The notes under the pieces were generated by a model that saw nothing but the letters and a program-made list of their open reading frames with translations, was not told where the DNA came from and made no database searches. The position numbers and the translations under genes were made by a program. 64,000 nucleotides of DNA from an uncultured archaeon (GTDB lineage: Archaea; Nanobdellota; Nanobdellia; Pacearchaeales; GW2011-AR1), in assembly GCA_902385625.1 (NCBI GenBank), contig CABMGE010000014.1:84-64083 (forward strand), read 5' to 3'. The stretch's first letter is position 1, and each line of letters opens with the position of its first letter. Positions 45,601-50,992 of the stretch are shown here, piece after piece.

Positions 45601-45758
45601 CTAGTACCGTAACTACTTCCATAGTTAGTATAACTAGGACCATAATAAGAGCTATCAGTATAAGATAAAACTAAATTTATGCCTAAAATAAAAAGCATAA
45701 ATGTAAATAAGAAAATTCCACTTCTTTTATAATTCCTTTTAATTTTCATTTTATTCAA
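39627..45758 (-). CDS. Giant (2043 aa) secreted protein of unknown family
   Basis: N-terminal hydrophobic signal (KRSGIFLFTFMLFILGINLVLS), ~150-aa Tyr/Asn/Gly-rich low-complexity region, one TPR-like stretch (EYYDKAANTYQDLVDFYP...FYDKLVQKYPDSGIAKS) and a Cys-rich region near the C-terminal third. No C-terminal TM. Confidence 0.8.
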   Translation of the reverse strand: MNKMKIKRNYKRSGIFLFTFMLFILGINLVLSYTDSSYYGPSYTNYGSSYGTSGYNTGMGYNTGYNTGYNTGSSPYGYNYNYDPYSSYYNGNYNRNYVNGQYVSNYNTGYNTGYNTGIGYNGAYGSSGINTNYNTYGYNSAYGSSNYAGYTLYGSSSNPQFTSSSYGGSQYLSASSLWSNYNTQNCMERKDVILQIVPGGCSPAIVRSDLLEEQNVPVFCKVMTIKANPLIDVTKVRSISFKGQYPKGISGISYFPARSALQTNNGINNAFTSSPVNTDMGYMVVVLSSIPAEKDMPDIISGNITAVMEYDSSGAYGIGNSNFYLSEINDGEWASGYKGYSFWNGKAYLRADAIESDRATISVYGDANTKQSTITLMEGETSKDIYLNGFYCAAGMNIRLDRIGAPVDSALLQVNDEQIWVSKGDRIINNQCRVIDLQTSNGGGKVSLSCPAKNGRIDLSLNPGKASFNINENLKDFALGDKISPDKNIYLAYLGQDSNNRKYAVLIRDDFSSTQIEFADKQVYDTIDKIARTGGKTINDLDSLIKKAVQDQYRKKLNSQLYSLVDKNLEVQVVAEKKQAFGISLDEAYFAKDKDWISEDITGSETLAKEYYDKAANTYQDLVDFYPNERRISTEDPYAAVGLYEAAKMSKAFGMNAKSTEFYDKLVQKYPDSGIAKSIMSERDMVMKYDLTNSKTNIVINNEPYYIELLNLKKPSRTDLSTLLLIDGKEETMGLEDIKTIKDDRGTKTIQVKGIEENYVVLKYDRTGTNSSGAPSSPVSKTERLDMNGQTMFEGTNVKIVRINLNKQAKVEILPKDFGPRAESNFDFKIQIEKRSIQLTPDQTKAMIDALRASIEQWTSINQKLGTVVSAMKAACFAASSALTINNLLEGAEGGAMGRTTIMTSAGGWNEVCEKLVSENKYQSLQQCLLDKSSDIDKDVKIYSDNIKSTNKIIQDIEKQVGVKSGSILDLQGQVDSKKVEEEFKKKFDSFCKDAKGSVSLPDKEKTSISINGQDGLCSWDGMTQEQRRDIMTYYNMKNAGGSSVLTSVADKELGQTILSAKNYNDLKKVQTQTEQNTKQYGLGISTLNPAGDNFVLGDVKKIGKGDSSNDLYKNFNAGSSVVRVYIPSKKIFGTKTFEADSEVAGKEVLVEVVNSEKGGTYTTKNNGKIYTVDGKPVTGKSLESVRNYMSLAGLDRIKETNSQTYHNTISNSEGQLVKYFETAPFKGLPSEVPFDVEGGWYVELTYIIGGFGVPYDESGRAVNFYVCNVGPNGLIEFKKSGDDICRYYNTMTGAEINFPGMSSSDARNLVVKAQQAIIDAAKQYGKTKVNVNGRSFGSGKSFGGSEGRCTDFMSPTDCNVLFNVCDPVICPASRCDLGGKYKVDNVLQSGIIGSLTLCLPNMREGVAIPICLTGVHAGLESYISILNSTADCLDESLKTGRNIGICDEIKSVYICEFFWKQTIPFLNQIIPNMLQSMYGQGVRGGGEYTTVQGAWDNMNGAISYFNNQYASNSMQAFNMRSLDSAGTDYCRLFTQNSSAGFAEAASQALNRLIEPDSPPQYTAWFSEDVMTTATIPPTSHYKVYYHIYAGNDYGANYNVYLKDIPDMNQVSGQTYLVSNGYIAIGASADEAKDFIAPSGYKQLCINVNGKDECGFGKVTTSYALNSMSDTYAQDQLKTGITAESECVAGTPGITNSVFNLNAQVSAEQANNPQIYNQGIIRVCSSENPGKKVLTNGQVDNTNSSYDRWKQVGYCDDPTIKCWLDTNSVKNVIKNSDIKNSVLQNVDLSILGEANFWTDEMSMTVSNSAESAINSLSISKADTRETIQSKTSAIVTDLDKLSKVASNNVYRARALYLMANLYRKVAESLLPRLDVSSNSNVSTGVPPIPVSSDYSSVSDSESFEFTGSTSTVTDTTSNTANLNSRPLVFEFQDGTSGSNLFYTFDKNDGKWYFSSQKSLTSPDWKLVLDAGTDLSAKNQAFMKSLDGKSCNDGLKLFVTRVMQNSEGGYFFSAGLVIYGETKSRAFNTVNDKIDCTYWENSLK
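45200..45665 (-). repeat. Low-complexity coding repeats (YNTG / GYN / SSY units)
   Basis: Protein SYYGPSYTNYGSSYGTSGYNTGMGYNTGYNTGYNTGSSPYGYNYNYDPYSSYYNGNYNRNY...GYNTGYNTGIGYNGAYGSSGINTNYNTYGYNSAYGSSNYAGY. Confidence 0.85.
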
Positions 45759-47622
45759 ATTTTATATTAAGTCCACTTGTCTCAATTTTATTATAATTTA
45801 TCTGTAGATCCTCGATTTTTGCAGGCCTTCCAAATTTCTCAGGACTAATTATTATACTCTTTGCACCTTGAAGTTCAGATTCAGCAATATAATACTTTTC
45901 TTTTCCTCCGCCTGAAACAGCAGAACTAATCACCTGATCAGGAACAGTCATATCAAAACATTTTCTTTCGGTAGCACCAAAAATTCCAGAGATACCTGAA
46001 CTAGGAGCATCAACACATTTTTGAGTTGTACTTCCCTTTAAATTAAAATTTGTATTTGAATAGATATAAGCTTTTATTTCATACTGGCCTTCAGTTAATT
46101 CAATTTGTTTTTGATCTGGATAAGAAACACTTATAGAGTCAGTTCCATTTTCTTTCATAAAATTAATAATTGCACGATCATCACTAGAAAGTCCTTCAAC
46201 TGAAAGAGCGAGTTTATATTTTTTGTCAAGAATAATCTGAACAACTCCAGGATTTATGCTTGAAACAATTTGTTTTTTTGCAGTGTAACCCTGGGCAGTT
46301 GCAATTATAAATCCATTTGAACATTGTGGGAATGGAGCAGTTAAACTTGCTTCTCCACTTTTAATCAAGGTTTTTCCAATTCCACAAGAAGTATCAAAAC
46401 ACTTAAAATTAATATTTGCTTCAACAGGATTTAGATTACTATTAAAAGTATAAACAGTCATATTAGTGAGTTTATATTTACAAAGTTCAGGAACAACATC
46501 AATAAGTCCCTGGCCACTGGTATAATTTCTCGGCTGATTTTGGTGAATAAAAACCACCATAGGAAACTGAAATATTTCATCATTATAATATAATTGAACT
46601 AAAACAGGATACCCGAGATCATAAACAAAATGATAAGTAGTATAGCAAAAACCAAGCATCCCCATTCCCTCTTGCATCCCAACAGGATCAGCCTTTAAAA
46701 ATCCAGAATCCGATGGACTAATCTCCATTTTTGTAGGCCAAACTCTTGAATAAAGGAAATTCACATTTGCACTAACCTTTTCTCCAACATCCTGCACAAA
46801 ATATTTATTTTCCTCTTTTGAGAGTTTATAATAAGTTCCCTTAAGTTTTATTGCACCAGTATTTGCTTCAAGAGCATTCATCAAATTCTCTCTTACCTCA
46901 TCAACACTCCAAATTTTAGGACTGCAAGAAATCTCAGTTCCGTCAACAGGAGCATAAAGTCTCAGTGCATCAATTCCATAATTCTCTAAAAAAGAACTTT
47001 GTTTTTCATGATTATAAATCTTCAATGCAAGATTATAGAATTTTCCAAGATTAGAATTTACATCTCGCGTGTGAGTTTTAGCAGTCCAGGTAGTATTACC
47101 AAAAACAATTTCAATATCCTGTTTTACATTAACTCCAATAGAATTATCATTTACAATACTGTCTACTTCTTTTACATCACCGAGATTTACAACAAATCCT
47201 TGCTGTATAAATCTATCAAAATTGCAACTATTGATGTTTTTTTTAATATAATCATTTAATTGAACTTGCATTCTTTCTTTAGTTGGAACTTGCTCTTTTA
47301 TAACTCCATTTCCAGAAATATAATACCAATAAGGTATTCCCATTCCAAGAAAATTTAACTGTGATGAAAAAGGCATATACTCACTTCCAGGAGAGAAATT
47401 AGGGTTCTCAATATATCCTCCAGTTTGGCCTAAAATCAAAGCCCCTTCTTTTGCAGTATTATCCATGCAGTTTAAATAATAAGAATAAACAGGTTCAATA
47501 TCTCTCGGAATACTCGAGCTATTATTTCCCCTAAGTACAAAATAGGCTATAAGCCCAACAATAATTACAATCGCAATTATAATAAAAATAGTTACCTGTG
47601 ACTTTTTATGCAATCCCCTCAT
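45751..47622 (-). CDS. Membrane-anchored protein of unknown family, possibly with a class III (pilin-like) signal peptide
   Basis: The track ORF starts at a GTG (47691). I prefer the ATG at 47622, which is preceded by GAGGAG. N-terminus MRGLHKKSQVTIFIIIAIVIIVGLIAYFVL. Its stop overlaps the start of the 2043-aa gene by 8 nt. Confidence 0.7.
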   Translation of the reverse strand: MRGLHKKSQVTIFIIIAIVIIVGLIAYFVLRGNNSSSIPRDIEPVYSYYLNCMDNTAKEGALILGQTGGYIENPNFSPGSEYMPFSSQLNFLGMGIPYWYYISGNGVIKEQVPTKERMQVQLNDYIKKNINSCNFDRFIQQGFVVNLGDVKEVDSIVNDNSIGVNVKQDIEIVFGNTTWTAKTHTRDVNSNLGKFYNLALKIYNHEKQSSFLENYGIDALRLYAPVDGTEISCSPKIWSVDEVRENLMNALEANTGAIKLKGTYYKLSKEENKYFVQDVGEKVSANVNFLYSRVWPTKMEISPSDSGFLKADPVGMQEGMGMLGFCYTTYHFVYDLGYPVLVQLYYNDEIFQFPMVVFIHQNQPRNYTSGQGLIDVVPELCKYKLTNMTVYTFNSNLNPVEANINFKCFDTSCGIGKTLIKSGEASLTAPFPQCSNGFIIATAQGYTAKKQIVSSINPGVVQIILDKKYKLALSVEGLSSDDRAIINFMKENGTDSISVSYPDQKQIELTEGQYEIKAYIYSNTNFNLKGSTTQKCVDAPSSGISGIFGATERKCFDMTVPDQVISSAVSGGGKEKYYIAESELQGAKSIIISPEKFGRPAKIEDLQINYNKIETSGLNIKFE

Positions 47623-47809
47623 TTTTTCTCCTCTTTTACCTATCACTAAAATAATAAAACACCATATATAAAGATTATCAAACAAGAACACAAGTCAGGA
47701 TATTTTCCCTAAAATTGCATATCCTACCAATTCAAGTATTTCCCTAAGTTTATGTATAGAATTAATACTTAGAGTAGGAGGAATACTTGAGATCCCCATT
47801 AGAAAAATA

Positions 47810-47880
47810 TGGACCCACCAAGGATTGAACTTGGGATCTATCCACGTCAAGGATATGGTTTGCCACTAGCCTATGGGTCC
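47810..47880 (-). tRNA. tRNA-Val (GAC)
   Basis: Reverse complement folds as: acceptor GGACCCA/TGGGTCC, anticodon stem TATCC/GGATA, loop TTGACGT, T arm CCAAG-TTCAATC-CTTGG, discriminator A. The D stem has one C:A mismatch. Confidence 0.85.
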
Positions 47881-48016
47881 ATTTATTCACAAACTTTGTT
47901 TGTGAATCTAACCCAGAGGTTACGTTTGCAGTTTGTTTGCCACTATGTAAAACTCCTTTTAAAAAGGAGTTTAACAGACAGAGATTTTAGATAAAATCTC
48001 TGTAGCCTATGGGTCC
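47881..48016 (-). repeat. 136-nt leader containing duplicated fragments of the tRNA-Val 5' end, interrupted by four hairpins
   Basis: 48016-48003 equals tRNA nt 1-14, and 47945-47935 equals tRNA nt 13-23. Hairpins lie at 47979-48002, 47950-47972, 47909-47922 and 47885-47907. Confidence 0.85.
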
Positions 48017-48042
48017 AATATAAAACTACACTTCTTAAGTCA

Positions 48043-48049
48043 ATTTAAA
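48043..48049 (-). promoter_or_regulatory. TATA-like TTTAAAT (minus strand) ~30 nt upstream of the duplicated tRNA-Val 5' fragment
   Basis: No comparable A/T box lies ~30 nt upstream of the intact tRNA 5' end at 47880. Confidence 0.4.
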
Positions 48050-48061
48050 TTTATCTAAATT

Positions 48062-48373
48062 CTAAACTTTTCTCCGGCTCTTCTTCCCGCCCAAAACCTG
48101 CCCCCAATTAGGATCAATATATTTTATATCTAATTGATTTTTGTCAATTCTTGCAAGATGACACAGATTTTCAAAAAATCCTTTTGGAAGAAGTCTTCTT
48201 TGAGTATAATAATTTTTAAGAGTGCAGTAAGGAATATCAAAACCAAATTGCAATATTCCTCGAACAGAAATACAGTTTAACTGGCCTACAACTAAATCCA
48301 AGAACTTTCTTTGTTCTCCTTTGGGAAATAAAACCCGTTGTTCATTAGATAACTGCGACACCATACTAAGCAA
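48062..48373 (-). CDS. Hypothetical 103-aa protein
   Basis: ORF with a possible HTH-like stretch (ISVRGILQFGFDIPYCTLKNYYTQRRLLP) ending ...NWGQVLGGKKSRRKV. No confident family. Confidence 0.35.
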   Translation of the reverse strand: MLSMVSQLSNEQRVLFPKGEQRKFLDLVVGQLNCISVRGILQFGFDIPYCTLKNYYTQRRLLPKGFFENLCHLARIDKNQLDIKYIDPNWGQVLGGKKSRRKV

Positions 48374-48427
48374 AAGTTTAAAAACCTATTTAAATCTAAT
48401 CTTTTATCAAAATAAAGAATAATAAAA

Positions 48428-48736
48428 ATGAAACTACCTAAAGCAACAAAAAGATTTTGCCCATACTGTAAAAAAAGAACAGATCAGAAGATAGAATTAG
48501 TTTCAACAGGATTCAAAAGAGGAACACTTGCAAGAGGATCTCTCTCAAGAGTAAAGAAAAGAGGAAAAAACAGAGGAATGGGTAACAAAGGAAAATATTC
48601 TAGAAAAGCAATAAAATCATGGAAAAGAAAAACCAAGACAACAATGAGAAGAGTTCTTCTTTATACTTGCAAAGATTGTAAAAAATCTAAACTTTCAAAA
48701 CACTCAAGAAGAGTATCTAAAATAGTACAAGAATAA
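48428..48736 (+). CDS. rpl44e: 50S ribosomal protein L44e (eL42)
   Basis: 102 aa, very basic, with the CPYC...CKDC zinc-ribbon pair and N-terminal MKLPKATKRFCPYCKK. Confidence 0.8.
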   Translation: MKLPKATKRFCPYCKKRTDQKIELVSTGFKRGTLARGSLSRVKKRGKNRGMGNKGKYSRKAIKSWKRKTKTTMRRVLLYTCKDCKKSKLSKHSRRVSKIVQE

Positions 48737-48737
48737 A

Positions 48738-49550
48738 ATGGCAGCACAAAAACAAACAAAAGTAATAACCAGAAGAAGAAAATTTATTGATGTAGAAATT
48801 CCAGTAATAAGATCAAAAATAGAGTTAATTGGAAATACTGCAAAAGAACTTGAGAACAGAACAATAAAACTTGATTTGACAAGACAATTAAAGGGAAAAA
48901 GCGTCGATACAATTCTGAAAGTAAGAATGGAAAATGATAAGCCAGTTGCACATCCAATCAAAATAAAACTTATGCCTTATTTTATAAGAAGAATGATAAG
49001 AAAAAGAATAAGTTATGTTGAAGACTCATTCACAACTCCTTCTCAGGAAAGTATGTTGATAATAAAACCATTCTTAATAACAAGAAACAAGGTTTCAAAG
49101 GCAATAAGAAAAACATTAAGAAATAAATGCAAAAACTGGATTGAAGATTATATCGCAGAAAAGAAAGATTCAGAAATATTCTCAGAAATACTTTCAAACA
49201 GAATGCAAAAACCTCTTTCATTATATTTGAAAAAAACTTATCCTCTTTCACTATGTGAAATAAGAGTATTAGAAATTGTAAGGCCGCTCAGACCTGAAGA
49301 AGTTCCAAAAATAAAAGAAAAGCCAAAGAAAGAAGAAAAAGTTGAAGAAGAATTCATAGACCAAATGAAAGAAATAGAAGAAGAAATGATTAAAAAAGCA
49401 GAACAGGAAATTAAAAATACTCAGGAAAAAGCAACAAATGTGGAATCTTCAGATTCAGCAGAATCTGAACTTGTTCAACCATCAGAATCCACTAAAAAGC
49501 CAAAGAAAGAAAGAAAAACAAAAAAGAAATCAGAAGAAAAAGAGGAGTAA
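48738..49550 (+). CDS. rps3ae: 30S ribosomal protein S3Ae (eS1) with a Lys/Glu-rich C-terminal extension
   Basis: RRKFIDVEIPV...ELENRTIKLDLT...YFIRRMIRKRISYVED...NKVSKAIRKTLR...YPLSLCEIRVLEI fits the eS1 layout. Starts 1 nt after the L44e stop. Confidence 0.75.
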   Translation: MAAQKQTKVITRRRKFIDVEIPVIRSKIELIGNTAKELENRTIKLDLTRQLKGKSVDTILKVRMENDKPVAHPIKIKLMPYFIRRMIRKRISYVEDSFTTPSQESMLIIKPFLITRNKVSKAIRKTLRNKCKNWIEDYIAEKKDSEIFSEILSNRMQKPLSLYLKKTYPLSLCEIRVLEIVRPLRPEEVPKIKEKPKKEEKVEEEFIDQMKEIEEEMIKKAEQEIKNTQEKATNVESSDSAESELVQPSESTKKPKKERKTKKKSEEKEE

Positions 49551-49552
49551 AA

Positions 49553-50047
49553 ATGGCAATCGAACAAACACTAGTTCTGATAAAACCTGATGGAGTGCAA
49601 AGAGGACTTGTTGGAGAAGTAATAAGAAGATTTGAGCAAAGAGGCTTAAAAATTTCAGCCCTTAAAATGGTTCAAGCTGATGAAGAAACTTCTAAAAAAC
49701 ATTATACAGACGATATTTCAAAAAGAAGAGGAGAGCATGTAAGAAAACAGCTCATAGACTTCTTCAAAACAGGACCTGTTGTGGCAATGGTAATCGAAGG
49801 AGTAGATGCAATAGAAAATGTAAGAAAATTATGCGGAGCAACAGAATCAAAGGCAGCACTTCCAGGAACAATTAGGGGAGATTTTTCACATGTAAGTTAT
49901 TCTCATGCAGATGAAAAGAAAATAGTTGTAAAAAATATAATCCATGCTTCATCAAGTAAGGAAGATGCAAAAACTGAAATCTCAGTATGGTTTAACAAAG
50001 AGGAAATTCACACTTATAAAAGATCAGATGAAGAACATGTCTGGTAA
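49553..50047 (+). CDS. ndk: Nucleoside diphosphate kinase
   Basis: EQTLVLIKPDGVQRGLVGEVIRRFEQRGLKI...GTIRGDF...NIIHASSS (active-site His). Confidence 0.95.
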   Translation: MAIEQTLVLIKPDGVQRGLVGEVIRRFEQRGLKISALKMVQADEETSKKHYTDDISKRRGEHVRKQLIDFFKTGPVVAMVIEGVDAIENVRKLCGATESKAALPGTIRGDFSHVSYSHADEKKIVVKNIIHASSSKEDAKTEISVWFNKEEIHTYKRSDEEHVW

Positions 50048-50198
50048 ATAAATATTAGACCTTAGAAAAGTATTCTCCCAAGATTTCAGGATTATGATTA
50101 TATTCTCTTCGATAAATTTTAAAGTTAATTTAAAATTTATAGCTAAATTATCTTGCGAAACTCCTAATAAGTTGAGCAATTAATAAGAGCCAAAATAC

Positions 50199-50206
50199 TT
50201 TTAAAC
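50199..50206 (+). promoter_or_regulatory. TATA-like TTTTAAAC ~29 nt upstream of tRNA-Thr
   Basis: Spacing matches the other tRNA and mRNA promoters in the window. Confidence 0.4.
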
Positions 50207-50228
50207 CCAATTTATCTATCTAATTTAT

Positions 50229-50301
50229 GCCTCCATAGCTCAGTTGGTAGAGCGGCAGTTTTGTAAACTGTAGGTCGTCGGTTCGAATCCGGCTGGAGGC
50301 T
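50229..50301 (+). tRNA. tRNA-Thr (TGT)
   Basis: Acceptor GCCTCCA/TGGAGGC, D arm GCTC/GAGC, anticodon stem GCAGT/ACTGT, loop TTTGTAA, T arm GTCGG-TTCGAAT-CCGGC, discriminator U. Confidence 0.9.
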
Positions 50302-50305
50302 TTTT

Positions 50306-50330
50306 ATAATATTTGCAAAGCAAATATTAT
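50306..50330 (+). terminator. Perfect 11-bp hairpin (ATAATATTTGC-AAA-GCAAATATTAT) followed by a T run, 4 nt after tRNA-Thr
   Basis: The arms are exact reverse complements, and TTTTT follows immediately. Confidence 0.45.
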
Positions 50331-50452
50331 TTTTATTCTCAAATCAGGATTCAAAGTTCTAGATTTCGGTTAGAAGTGTTCAAAAACTTTTATGGTTTTT
50401 AAAACAGACAAAAATTTAGAATAAATTTTGAGTTCCGGCTGGAAGAGTTTTT

Positions 50453-50992
50453 CTAACTGCAAATAAGATCACATGAAAAACTGCAGTCATTACAACTGGA
50501 AAAACAAACCATTGGACTTTTAGAATTCGCTCCAAGAGTCTCTTCTCCATTTGAATTTTTTAGAATTGGAACAGCTTCAACACCAGTAATATTTAAAGAA
50601 ACATCCATTCCTGCTTGTGAAAAAATTATATCAACTCTTTTTACTCCTCCGCTATAATCTGGAAGAATATTTGAATCATTGACAACATAAGAATAACTCT
50701 TGCCACTATTGTCTTTTATATTATATTTAATTCCGATCAAACTATTTTCCTCAAAAATCTCTTTTACAAAAGTCCTTATATGTTTGTCTCCTGCATTTCC
50801 ACAAATCACAGAGTTTGAATCAAATTCTATTCTTGTATTGTTCAATTGAGAAGACAGAGAAGAATCAGGATTTGGAGAATTACTGCTAAGCATAAAATAA
50901 AGATTTATTATAATTGCAATTAAAACGATTAGTATACCTGCCATTAAAATTATAAGAATTAATCTTGAATTTGCTTTTTTTGAATTTATCAT
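50453..50992 (-). CDS. Small membrane protein with a C-terminal Cys cluster (cassette partner, copy B)
   Basis: 179 aa with an N-terminal TM and C-terminus CFSSCNDCSFSCDLICS. Paralogous to 54455-54985. Its start overlaps the upstream stop (ATGA). Confidence 0.7.
   Translation of the reverse strand: MINSKKANSRLILIILMAGILIVLIAIIINLYFMLSSNSPNPDSSLSSQLNNTRIEFDSNSVICGNAGDKHIRTFVKEIFEENSLIGIKYNIKDNSGKSYSYVVNDSNILPDYSGGVKRVDIIFSQAGMDVSLNITGVEAVPILKNSNGEETLGANSKSPMVCFSSCNDCSFSCDLICS

Noticed and set aside
47623-47691. N-terminal extensions proposed by the ORF track: the GTG start of the 646-aa ORF; 32915-32989 for the Dus-like gene; 54986-55018 for the 187-aa ORF; and the TTG start at 10958.
   Set aside because: - The extensions encode odd hydrophobic or overlapping sequence.
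- The internal ATGs have better context: GAGGAG before 47622, and a paralog alignment supporting 54985.
- The Dus extension overlaps the upstream ORF, and the 10958 start lies inside a hairpin.
47809-47994. 61-aa ORF overlapping tRNA-Val, and likewise 5089-5289 over tRNA-Met and 33481-33663 over tRNA-Cys.
   Set aside because: These stretches fold into canonical cloverleaf tRNAs, so the ORFs are incidental.
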